64,000 nt of DNA, from positions 66,280,001 to 66,344,000 of the forward strand of contig CM052816.1 in NCBI GenBank assembly GCA_028534125.1, written 5' to 3'. Every line of letters starts with the position of its first letter. Position 1 is the stretch's first letter. Source of the DNA: Lama glama (Eukaryota). The translations under genes and the position numbers were made by a program. The notes under the pieces are model-generated. The model was not told the DNA's origin. It saw only the letters and a program-made list of their open reading frames with translations, and made no database searches. Of this stretch, positions 38,670 to 51,000 are shown piece by piece.

Positions 38670-40135
38670 CACACACTCGCACATCTAACTGCCAACTCAA
38701 CATTTCTGCCTGGTCGTCTGGTAGAAATTGCAAATAGGAGCGATCCAAGATACACTCCAGACTCTGCTAGGTCAGCCCTCACCCTGATCCCCACAGCCAC
38801 CTAACACCGACCTCTCTGTCTTCCCCACAGTGACTGCCTCCATCATCCACCCAGGAGCTCAGGACCCAACCTAGGAGCCACCCGTGGTCCCTCTTGCTCT
38901 CTCCTGCCATCACTAAGCCCTACCTGGCTTCCTTTCAATATCTTTTCTGAGTCTGCTCCTCTCCCTTCTCCAGTGCTGCTGCCTTGGCCCCTGCGGACAT
39001 CACACCTTGCACAGACTTGTCACAGCCTCTCCCTGGGTCTCCAGGTTTCCTTTCTTGGATTCTCACAGTCTAATCTCTACACAGCAGTGAGAGTATATTT
39101 TCTCTCTCTCTTTTTCTTTATTGAAGTATAGTCAGTTTATAATGTGTCAATTATTCCTAGTATACAGCATATTTCAGTCATACATATACATACATATATT
39201 CATTTTCATACTTTTTCATGAAAGGTTACTACAGGATATTGAATATAGTTCCCTATGCTATATAGAAGAAACCTGTTGTGTATCTATCTTATACATAGTA
39301 GTTAGTATCTGCAAATCTCAAACTCTCAATTTTTCCCTTCCCACCCCCTGCCCCCTCTGGTAACCACAAGTTTGTTTTCTATGTCTGTGAGTCTGTTTCT
39401 ATTTTATAGATGAGTTTATTAGTGTCTCTTCTTTTTTTTAGATTCCACATATGAGTGATATTATATGGTATTTTTCTTTCTCTTTTTGGCTTACTTCACT
39501 TAGAATGACATTCTCCAAGGCCATCCATGTTGCTGCAAATGGCATTATTTTATTCTTTTTATGGCTAAGTAGTATTCCACTGTATAAATATACCACAACC
39601 AGTTTATCCAGTCATCTGTCGATGGACAGGGAGTATCTTTTCAACACACCAGCATTACGACACTGCCTCTGCTTCCCACCACACACAGAACAGCCACTGC
39701 CTAAGGAGCCCTCTGATCCAGGTCTGGTTGCCCCTGACACTCACCCTGGCTCTCTGTGCCCCAGACACACAGGCCTTCCGGCCCCTCCTGGACTCTTGGC
39801 TGCCGTTTTCGCACTTGCTGTTCCCTCCTGTGCCTGTAATGCTCCCCCAGCCCCCACACTCTTCACATGGTCAGTTTCTTCTTGTCACTCACATCTCTGC
39901 TCAGCCTCCAACATCTCTCCTTAACCTCCACTCCTAGAGCACCTGAGCTCAAAGTCCCTGGGCCACAGCCCTTGACTCAGCTTTTTCTCCACAGCAGTGC
40001 ATCACAACTGATACCTTATTATTCATTTGTTTTTTATCTGTATCCTTATTTATTTGTCATCTATGTCCCCAGCTAGACTTGTCTGTGACTGGCGCCTAGT
40101 AGGCACTGAACAATTTTGTGTTAAACGAATGGCTA
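38670..40135 (+). mobile_element. L2 element interrupted by a young L1
   Basis: L2 motifs 'catctaactgccaactcaacatttctgcctgg', 'ctctacacagcagtgagagt', 'gcacttgctgttccctc', and tail 'tagtaggcactgaacaattttgtgttaaacgaatg'. Confidence 0.7.
39103..39630 (-). mobile_element. Young 5'-truncated L1 with ~12-bp TSD
   Basis: Antisense 3' UTR 'ttgaagtatagtcagttt...'; TSD GAGTATATTTTC (39091-39102) / GAGTATCTTTTC (39631-39642). Confidence 0.9.
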
Positions 40136-40630
40136 ACCAATCTACCCTACTGCATGGAAATATAGCAAATGCATAATTTATGAAATCAGGTTCAGACAGA
40201 GGGGAATTTCAACTTTTCTTGGTTATGCCATCATAACTGTTCTTGGGTAAGAAGTACTGGGATCAAGGGTCTTCCTACATTTGCTACGAGCACCTGGGTG
40301 ACTGGAGGTGCTGACTGCTCCATCCGTAGCTCCACCCAGCATGCCCTACAGACTTCAAAGTCAGCATGTGCATGACAAGCCCCTGCCTCCACAATGACCT
40401 CTCCTCCAACCACCCCACCCTCTGCCCCCGCTACTCCAGGCACACCCTCTTCTTGCTGTCCTCGCAGGCTCACTAGGTATGTTCCAGCCTTGGAGGTTTT
40501 GCACTAACTGTGTGCTTGAATCCTCTGTCCCAGGGGCTGGCTCCTTCTTGCCATTCAGAGTTCACCTTCAATGTCAACTCCTCAAAGAGCCATCCATGAC
40601 CTAAAGCACCCTCCCACATCATTATAATTT

Positions 40631-41253
40631 TAAAATTTTTATATATATATTTTTTATTAAAGTATAGTTTGTTGTGTTAGTTTCAGGTGTACAGCAAAAT
40701 GATTGAGTTATAAATATATATATGTATTCTTTTCCATATTCTTTTTTGTTATAGGTTATTACACAATATTGAATGTAGTTCTCTGTGCTATACATTAGGA
40801 ACTTGCTGTTTATCTATTCTATTTATAGTAGTTCATATCTGTAAATCCCAAACTCCTAATTTATCCCTCCCCGCCTTTCTCCTTTGGTAACCATAAGTTT
40901 GTTTTCTATGTCTGTGAGTATGTTTCTGTTTCATAAATAAGTTCATCTGTGTCATTTTTTTTTAGATTTCACATGTAAGTGATATTATATTTGTCTTTCT
41001 CTGTCTGACTTACTTCACTCAGTATGGTGATCTCTAGATCCATCCATGTTGCTGCAAATGGCATTGTTTTATTTTTTATGGCTGAGTAGTATTCCACTGT
41101 GTATATAAATATAAATATATGCGTGTGTATGTGTGTGTCTATATATGCATATATATATAGATAGATATATACATATATATACCCCACAACTTTTTATCCA
41201 GTCATCTAATGATGGATATTTAGGCTGCTTCCATGTCTTGGCTTTTATAAATT
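40631..41253 (-). mobile_element. 5'-truncated L1 with 15-bp TSD, inserted in an L2 remnant
   Basis: ORF 40969-41187 (EYYSAIKNKTMPFAATWMDLE) is L1-like; TSD ACATCATTATAATTT at 40616-40630 and 41254-41268. Confidence 0.9.
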
Positions 41254-42068
41254 ACATCATTATAATTTATTACATCATTATAATTTAATTCTCTGCATAG
41301 CCTTTATTGCTGGTTTTTTTCTTGTTTATTTTATCCCCCTATCACCAGGCTATAAATTCCAATGATCCTTTTGTTCCTACCATATCCCCAGGGCCTGGAA
41401 CAATGCCTAGCATATGGTAGGTGATCAATAAACATTTGACAAATACGAATATGACCCTATCTAGCTTGGTGCTTTGAATCCACTGAGTACGTAAGAAGTG
41501 CTAGTTGAAATATTAGCAGCATGCTTATCTCCCCCATCCCCTCCCCAAGTCCCCTACTGATTTGTAAAGTGGTGTTAGTCTTTTTTTTTTTCTTTTTTTG
41601 CAAAAACTTCCTCTTTGAACCCAAACTTTTCTACAGACTCTTTCTCGCAGTTATGGCTCAAAATTATTTCTCTTCTTATCTGAAATGAGCAAGGTCTATG
41701 CTTTGTTTATCTGTTTGCAGCACAGAGCAGAGGGTCTGCCACACAGAAGGTGCTCAGTCAATATTTACTGAAAGAATGAATGAATGAAAGAAGAGTCTAG
41801 AATGAAGCTAAGACTCTGCTGGCTGGGTGCCTGCCCGCACTGCATAATGGAGTAAAGATAGATCGCTTGGCAACATCTCAGACCACCTTTCAGAGCTGGG
41901 AATTATCAAGTGAATTGTTTGGGCTTGATTTCTGAGATTTGGCTGCCTGCATCCCTGGAATTCATTAGAAAACTGCTTATCCTTTTTACGAAGTGTTGGC
42001 CTATGGTGAAATCTGTGAAGACATCACAGATAACTTGGTTTTCTCTTAAATTAGTAGCACCAGGAGAA

Positions 42069-42084
42069 TTTCACTTTCCCTGAA
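42069..42084. promoter_or_regulatory. Overlapping IRF/ISRE-like (TTTCACTTTCC) and GAS (TTCCCTGAA) motifs
   Basis: Exact motif text; function unverified. Confidence 0.35.
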
Positions 42085-42904
42085 AGCCAGAGCACATGTA
42101 TTGCCTCGCCTGTCCAATATCCAAGGTAAAGTTCTGACAGCATCTGTCCTAGGTCCCCTCCTGGGCTATATGGTTTTGTAGACCTAAGTTCGTGCTTCAG
42201 ATTCAGAGATGCTGTCTTCAGTACCTTGAAGTTTACTTTCTACCCCTTCCTCAAACCCTGTGGTACCTAGGCCCTCACCTGGGTGTTTGGAATCAGCTCC
42301 TGCCTACATCTCCTGGCTGCTGTGGCCTTCAGTAGATCAGCTTGTACATCCTGGCCTGTATTAGTGTGTGCACCCTAACAGGTATGTCCTATGCTTTGCA
42401 CCAAGCCTTTACCAAGTCTGAAGTCTCTGACTACACCTTTGCTGAGCTATGTCTACCTCCTAGACTCTGAACCCCACCAGTAATCCCTGGTTCATACTGG
42501 AGCTTCAGTATCATATTCATGACAATAATCCTTCTTTGAAAAATGCCAGAAAAAACTCTGGATATTCCATCCCCTCAGCTGGTCATTTGCTGCCTTGGAC
42601 TTAGCATTAATCTTCTCATATTTCCATCTGGCGCTATGAGGCAGCTTTTTCTCTGGACTCTTGCCTTGGACCAACAGTCTTATTTCTGCATTTTATTTCA
42701 GTTTTATCTCTTGATGCCACAATCATCAATAAGTGGCTGATAAGATAAATGCCAGATGTTGTGTCTACAGAGTGAAATATTTTAGGATTATTAGAAGGAT
42801 GATGCATGACTATGTTGAGGTAGAAATATCTCTAGAATACATTTTGAATATCATTATAGGGTGGCAAAATAATATGTTCAGTATCATTTGACTTGCACAA
42901 ATTT

Positions 42905-42957
42905 TATATATATATATTTATATTTATATTTATATTTATATTTATATTTATATTTAT
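42905..42957. repeat. (TATATT)n hexamer microsatellite
   Basis: Repeating tatatt units after a short (TA)n. Confidence 0.9.
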
Positions 42958-45009
42958 CCATATAAAGAGAAGCATGGAATTTTGATGAAGAAATATCAAT
43001 GGTGGTAAGAATAAACCATCTAACAAACCTGGACTCAGTAACATTCTAGATATCACTTTAACCATCTGTTTAATTGAAAGTGGCTCATGCGTGCCAGGCC
43101 CTCTTCTAGGCAATAAATAACCAAGACCCTGCAAGCGGCTCCTGGGCTGGCAGGGACGGAGCTCTCAGAACTAGCCTCCGGCAGTGTTCTCTCCCACGGG
43201 GAGGGCTAGGGGTTACACAAGTGGCCCACTTGCTTCCTTGCCTCCAGCACAAGGTTCCGCCCAGACAGAGCAGCTGCTTTCTAAATGTCAGGGCCCAGCT
43301 GCGCATACCATCCCACACTATGGCCTGCAGGCCTTGAGCATGGCCACACAGGGTGGAGGTAGACTCAGAAACACCCTCAGGAAGTTAGTCCTTTGTAGAT
43401 TTACATGGAGAGGAGACTCCTAGTCCTCAGGGTGAAGAAGTACCTGAAGGGGATTGTCCAACTCTCTGAAGTTTGACATATATTTCTGTATCCTTATGGC
43501 ACAGATTTATGGGTTGAATTCTACAAAGGGACCCAAAAGTCTGAAGTAAGCCCCCCTCAAAAAAAGGCTGCTTATTCTAACGCCACCCAATTTTTTTTTC
43601 ATTACTTTTAGAGGAAGTAATTAAAAATAAAAGCTTATCCAATCAGAGGGACACGACCACACTTAGAGTAAGCTGAGTGAGGGTTCCCAAGGATGAGTGA
43701 GAATCAGCAGAGCTGGGCGCGGATGCTGAGGCTCCTGACTTCCAATCCATTGCTCTTCCACTACATCACCCTGCCCTACAAGGAATTTCCCAACACTCCC
43801 TTGCATCCTACTAGGATGCCGATGGCCATTTCTCTCTACATTAGCATATCCATTTTCCTCTATTGTCATTTCCTCTTGCTAGGTAAAAGCAAATGGCTTT
43901 CTTCTCTGAATCACTGTGCTCTTCTTTTCTAAGTTATAGCAAGGCAAATTTTTATTAAATATCTATGTTGTAAGACAGAAAGGTGGGAGCTTCTTCCTCA
44001 GTGGAAGTGGAAACAGCCTGGTAAGTACCTACCAGGTGCGAGAAGCTTGGTTGTCTGTTCCTTTGTGACAGCCTGCAAACTCTTACAATATGGACTGGAT
44101 GACGTCACCAGGAGGGCAAGGAGACTGCTTGGAAAGAACCAAACCTAATTATCTAAGTGTTGGAAGACTGGTTTCAGGATGGGGCCTGCTTCTGTTTCCT
44201 GTTGTTTTAGTACCTATGGGGGGAGGTGCTGGGGTAAAAAATGTACATTTTGGAAGTCTTCCTTTCAAAGAATCACACTACTGGAAGGAAAGTTAACAAA
44301 CATCTAATATCACTCCTTGATTTATCAACGAGAAAAACGAAGCATCATCTTTCTGACTTGCCTAAGGTTACTCTACAATTTGGGGGCAGAGCTGGGTCTT
44401 GATGCTTAGGTGGCTTTAAATGGAGTATCAGATTCAAAAGCATAAATATAGGTCCTATTTACTTACAATATTTTATAACGTCGGTTCTCTGGGTCTACTG
44501 TTTCCTCTCTTTCTCCTTGTTATTCCCCACTCCCACCCCTTTCAACTCTTAGCTCAAGATGTTCCACAGATGGAGGAAACCAACCTCGGCTTACCTCCAT
44601 ATAAATTTGTACTGTTTTGACTTTTCATTTGAAGTGGTTGTCACTAACACCTGCCTGGTTCCCTCATATCATAGGAGGAAAATAAATATTTCAATGTGTG
44701 TTCATTTTATATCTGTCTGAGACTCATGATTTAAACTTTTCCTGATAATTATCTTTTCACTGATATTAAATAAGAAATATCTATATTGTAGTTTCCTCAG
44801 AAGGCTAGTTACTGGTAGAAAAAATCCATCAAGAGGATAAATAAATAATTATAAAAAATGAAAATAAAATATCTTCCATTAAGGATGAAAATTCGACATG
44901 TTTATGAGCTAAATTTCAGGAAGGAAAGAAAATCCTACAAAATAACTGATAACCTTAAGTAACACAGTAATAAGATGATAAGAGCAGTTTTAAGGAAGTA
45001 ACAACCACT

Positions 45010-45300
45010 GTCTGGATCTCTGCTGCTTAACACGCAGCCTTCAGCCACGTATGGCTGCTGAGGGTCTGCACCGTGCTTCCTCTGAGTTGACATGTACTAT
45101 ACGTGTAAAATGAACTCCAGATTTGGAAGATTTAGTACAAAAAAAGGATGTAAAATATCATATTAATAATCTTTATATTGATTACATGTTGAAGTGATAA
45201 TATTTTAGATAACTTGGGCTACATAAAATACCTTAAAAATTAATTTTACCCATTTCTTTTTGCAATTTAAATGTGACTACTAGAGCATTAAAATTACATT
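45010..45300. mobile_element. MER33-like hAT-Charlie DNA transposon
   Basis: 'cagccacgtatggctgctgag...gatttggaagatttagtacaaaaaaaggatgtaaaatatc...atattgattacatgttgaagtgataatattttaga'. Confidence 0.8.
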
Positions 45301-46218
45301 TCTGATTTTGGATAATTCTGGTATAAAGAATTAAACCACAATTTTGATACATATTATGAGGCATTATTGACATAATCTTGGGTTTCAATACTTATGCTGG
45401 AGAAAAACAAAACAAGAAGAAAAATCATACATTGAAGAGCAGTTTCCTGGAGTTCATACTAAATAAATATATTTTCTCTGTGAACAGTCATAGAACATTT
45501 GGCTATCATCAGTTACAATACGGAAAGACAAAAAAGATCATGAAAGAGCTGCCTGAATCAAACAGTTTGAAGATCAGTAAGTGTACATTTAGTTTTGTTG
45601 TACCTTTTGTCCTTGGTGGAAGGTGAAGTCCATTGTGTGTGTGTGCGTGTGTGTGTGTGTGTGAAAGTTCAAGGTTTCCATGAAGAAGTGAAAGGAGCTG
45701 AGCATTCAAGATGAAGGAGGTATGAGCATGGTTACACTTTCTAGAGATATGACTGGTTACCTTGGAAACAGTTTAAATTCTTACAACAAACAAAATCCTG
45801 AAATCGACCTTTTTTTTTTTTTTTGGAGCAAGCAGCATATGGATTTAAGGTGTTTATCACTGCAAAATGAAATTCAACATTGTTTGTGGGTACTGCAAAT
45901 GCACACATTAATTGCATAATTTTCATTTGTAAAGAAAGAACAAATTATATAACTATCAAGTTTAAAGTCATTCATGTGAGAGACAAATTGAACTTTTGGG
46001 GGGAATTATCTTTGATATATTTTTACTTAAATAAAATACTATACTGGTTTTTTCTGATTTAAAGATATAAATTGCTTATTGCAAAAAAAAAAACCAATCA
46101 ATACATAAGGAATTTAAAAAAGTAGGAAGTAGCCTCCACTCCCAGACCCACTCCCGTTGTCAGAGATGTCTACAGGTAGCAGTTTGGTATCTGTTTTCCT
46201 AAATATGTTCTTGCTATT

Positions 46219-46221
46219 TGT

Positions 46222-46265
<44 letters not shown>

Positions 46266-46273
46266 AAGAGAGA
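46219..46273. repeat. Compound (TG)n(AG)n microsatellite within an old L1M remnant
   Basis: Direct reading of the sequence. Confidence 0.9.
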
Positions 46274-48964
46274 GGGAATGGGATCATATAACTCATGTTA
46301 TATAAACTGCTTTTTAAAATCGTAAATAATGTCCTTCTTTGGAAAATTAAGATTTGTAAGTAATACTCATATCTATGCAGGGGTCTTTTCACTGACAGCC
46401 TCACTGCCTATAGTGCTACTTATTGGCCTTGCTGTGCTGATGTTGTGAGACGTGTGTGCATGCCATGTCTCTATGAACTAAATTGGAAGCTCCCTGAGGG
46501 CAGAAATCAAGTTGTATCTAAATACACCATGGCATCTAGCACAGAGCTATGTCCACGGTGGCCTCTTAGAAATACTTTCTCAATAATAGATTATTTCTTG
46601 TGAATATTAACTGATCACACAAGATCCTGAACACCAGACATGAAGGGACACATTGCTTGGTTTATAGTAACTGCTCACACCTCAGCAGGGGTGATATTCT
46701 AGGCTTTTGGCAATTCCATTCTTGAGTCTCATAACACTTTAAGGAGCCTTGGAGAGCACCAATGGAGCACCAGACTAGTGTGTCTTACACAGAGTAATTC
46801 ACTGAATCCTTACAACAATGCTGCAGTGTTGGCACTTTTAAAATTCCCATTTTGTAATGAGGAATCTAATGCAAAGTATCAAAAAGTGACACTGGAAACT
46901 GAACCCAAGTTTCTAACTTCAGAACTCGTACTCTCAACCCCTACGTTATACCAGGGAGCTTATATTCCAAAACTTTCATGACTTTTACATTTGGTCATGG
47001 TAGACAACAAGCAACTGGCTAAATTCTTCATAAAAATAAACACCAAAATCTTACTGACACATAAATCCATTGCACACGTATCTTACTTATCATGATGCCA
47101 TTCACTAGGTACCACTCATCACAGGAGAATAAAAGCAAGGAGGCTAAGCGGGAGGGTCCCAAGGACAGGGTGAGGGGCATGGGAGTCAGGACTGGATAAG
47201 GTCCCTTATCTAGGTCAGAGACACAGAAGAGGGAGGAAGAAACCCTGGCCTTGGATTCCCTTTGCTGCTTCTATGAGTTCCAGCTGGCAGTGACATTTTT
47301 AATAGCAAAGAGCAGCACTTGAATGCCTTGCTACTCTGTGGCCTAATTTTCATCCTCTAAATTTGCCATCGTGTACTTTATGCTCTTATAAACTAAATGA
47401 CTCATCACTAATTAATCAGTACAATGATGCCAAATTTTGGCCACAAGAGTGGACCAAAGCCAAGTCAACCTGGCTTTCAGTTAATTGGAAAAATTAAATG
47501 GATGAGAGAAGCCAGTTCTTCTAGGTATAAATAATGTGCTTTATAACACATCTATTTAAAGGCATCAGCAAAAATATTTTAGTATCAGCAGATTCTAAAA
47601 CTGTTCTATCCTCCTCTTCAATATATAGTTAAAGCCACAGCATGGATGTAAAGTTGACAGCACAGAAAGTAGACTTTCGTATGCTAAAAATTATAAAGAA
47701 TTTTATGTTGAATTGTATCAAGGTTACCTTTACTTCTGAGGACAAAATATCTCTTATCCAGGTACCTACTCACTCTGTGCAAAATACTTACTGAGTATGT
47801 CCCATGTGCCAGACACTGGGGGTGGAGTGGGGAACTAGGGAATCAGGGCATGTGCCCACTTCCTTTGTGATCTTGCCAATGCTTCTCCTGCCACCTGGAT
47901 GCAGGGAACAGCTTGTAGTCTCTGGCCAACTTGTATCATTCTTTAAGTATGGGCTTTCCTTCCTCTAAGCAGCATTTTCTGCCTACTTGCCCTGTCCGCA
48001 CCATGTCTGGGCTAGAATTCCCTTTTATAACCTCCCCCAGGACCGTGTGCTTAGCACTGTGGTTACACTTCTCACAGCACCTTGCCTCCTTGTCCGTATC
48101 CTCCACTAAAATCTCCATCCCACTGAGAAGAGGCACTGTCTGTCTGGGCCACCACTGTTTGCCATGGCCTGGCACACACTGCACTCTTATTAAATATCTG
48201 TTGAAGGTTTGAGGCAGGTGGTCTTTAGTATAAACTGTGTTGTTTTGGTTATTGGGTTGTTTGTGTGTCATGGTATAAAAGTTATCAGCACGCAGTCACC
48301 AGCAGGGAAATTTCTAATCTAAAGGCTGGACCCATGAAGGTGGCTACAGCAGAGGTCTGCCCTGGTCCTGCTCAGAAGGCTGCTGTACATCAGCTGGAAG
48401 AGGATCATGGAAAAGTACTGAAAGAGGAAAATAATGCCCTGAACATCAACCTAGAGAAGCACCACTCAGACATTCATGAGAAATCACAATGAAACTGCCC
48501 TCTCACATTTCTGTTTTATCATGGCTGGCCTCTCTGTTACCTTGGTAACCATCCTCTATCCCAGCTCCTGTTCTTCTGTTATCCTTTTTCTCTTACAGCC
48601 TTTTTCAAAACAGTAACTCTTTTGATACCTCATTTATTATGTACTTGTTTGCTGACTTCTTCCTCACTTGATTACAACTCCCTGAAGCTAGGGACCCAAT
48701 TAGTACCTCAGCTCCTAGGACAGTTCTCAACACACAGGTGTTTTATCATAAAGTTCTCTGGACCATGACTGTCCTCAAACCTCTGCACAGACACAGAGAA
48801 ACAATGTATCTGTAAAAATGGGAAAGCACAGGTTGTATCTAGCTGTTTTGCTCAGTTGTATGCCCAGGATGTATCAGTTCCTGGCATGTCATAGGCACTC
48901 AATAAATATTCACTGAATAAATACATAAATAAGCCAATTAATTAAGATTTTATTTCAAGTTTTA

Positions 48965-50030
48965 AACTGTTGAGGTGGGGAATGGAATTCATAGGTCCCT
49001 GCTGATGATAAACAGACAAGTAAATAAATAAATGGGAGAATTTTGCTTAAAGTGGAATGCCGGGGGCTGGGGGCAGATATGGACAGCATGCTGAAATTGG
49101 ACAATCTAAATTCTGTAACCATTTTATTAAAGATTGGATCAGGCAAGAGTCACCAATGGAGGCTAAATCTAGAGGGAAATCTTGATGAGGAATGAGCTAT
49201 TAGCATGGCTTTAAAGTGTCTCCTGGCAGACTGCTTATTAGTTATAGGGGAGAAAATTAAACAGTAATTACCTAGTGGAGAAATGAGAAAACACTTGACT
49301 GGGTGATTAAAGTTAACCTCACCACAGAGGGACAGACGGACACTGTGTACCTTCAGATGTGATGCACTGAGAGGGAGGTAACATCACCTGTGCGGTATTC
49401 CAAATGAGAATGTGCAACCTGAGCAGAATCCAGGAGCTAGGAGTCAATCCCCAAGTGAGGGATGTTCTATTTTAAAAGGAGGGGAGGTGGCAGTACTCTC
49501 TACCTCCAAAATGTCAATGTGAGAAAAGACAAAGGGAGGCCTTAGAAATGGTCCATATTGAAAGAGGTTCAAGAGACACGGCACCTGGATCTTCTACCAG
49601 AGGGGGAGATGACATAAACCACATTAGTGGATCAATTGATAAAACTGTAATATAAAAGGTAGATGAGATAAAAGAATTTTGTCAATGTTAAATGTACTGA
49701 GGTTGCTTGCTCCACTGGGAAAGAGAACACCTGCATTCTTAGGAAATACGCATTGAAGTTTGAGGTAAAGGGCCATGAGGCGTGTGACTTTTCCCCAATT
49801 CCTTCAGGAAAAAAATTATGCAAATAATGATATGTATATAATATATATGGAGAGGAAGAGCCAGAGAGAAAAAGAGTGCACACCAATCACAAAGCCAACT
49901 GTGTAAAATGCTAACAGTAAGTGATTCTGGGTAAAAGGTATTCGGGTATATGGATGTTCTTGTACTGTTTTTATATTTACAATTTACAATCCGTAAGATT
50001 GAAGTTATTTCCAAATACAAAGCAAAACAA
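48965..50030 (+). mobile_element. Old L1MC-like 3' end
   Basis: 'aaagattggatcaggcaagagtcaccaatggaggctaaatctagaggg', 'gtgattaaagttaacctcacca', 'gttcttgtactgtttttata...gaagttatttccaaata'. Confidence 0.8.
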
Positions 50031-50639
50031 AATAAGTAAAGGAAGTGGAAGTGTCACAATGTATCAATAATCACAATAAATACAAATGCTTTCATTAAAT
50101 ACTTGTGCGGGTTTTAGTATTTCATTGGTTGATGAATACCACATTGTCTTGAAAGATAAATTGTCAAATCATCTTATTTTGCGTGCTAAAAAATGGTTTA
50201 AATTCAAAAGGGAAATTATAATAAAGTCAGTGAGACATAAAAGTTTGTATCCTAATGCATAGGACTCAGCCGTGCCTGTACTTGCAGCTCTTTGGATTCT
50301 GAAAATGCTGCCCACTGGGAATTTTCAAAACAGGAGCTTCCCAGCTGCACCCACACCAGGACAAGACCATCATCAAGGAGAAGCAGAAGCCCTGGCAGTA
50401 GGCATTCCCCTCCCGGAACGCTGCAATCATCCAGATGCTCTCAGCTCCTCCCACTGGTCCTGCCTGTTCCCAACCCTGATGTCCAGTCCCGTCCAGCTTG
50501 GCAGCAGCCACAGAGATACAGCTACTTCAATGTGCAGATACGCAATTACCAGGAGTGACTTACAGTTGATAATTGTACCCCAAACACGAACATCATTTCC
50601 CAATGCACAACCCACAAAGTGAATCCTGCCCTGAGGAAC

Positions 50640-51000
50640 AGCAATCTGCGTCAGATGAAAACAAATAGCCAGATTAAAGGGAAATGTTAATTGGAAGTAG
50701 CCAATTAAGCTTTTATGACGTCAGATTACTGCAGGCTTACAACCACATTAAATCAGGACATCAAAAGCATTGCCCTGGAATAATGTTATAAACCAGCACT
50801 GTCACTCAGTTTCTCTGGAAATTATCTGCCTGTGCCATTCTGTTATCCTCAGGAATATAGCCCTCTTTGTCACAGCCTTGTGTGGCTGCCAGTCTTTGGG
50901 GGTTGTTGTGTAAGTGATCAGAGAAAGATTTCCAGCCGATAACATGTCAGCTGTCAGCTCCAATTGTATATCTTATATTCAGCATGTTAAAGCCAATCTG
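50640..51000. promoter_or_regulatory. Candidate enhancer (motif-dense, repeat-free)
   Basis: Inverted TTAATTGG/CCAATTAA pair, TTTTATGAC, full CRE TGACGTCA, RUNX AACCACA, TCF-like ACATCAAAA, tandem TGTCAG. Confidence 0.45.

Noticed and set aside
48265..48492. ORF with coiled-coil-like composition (HQLEEDHGKVLKEENNALNINLEK)
   Set aside because: Non-ATG start, no convincing splice donor, flanked by L2 fragments, and no recognised homolog; a tblastn search would be needed to revive it
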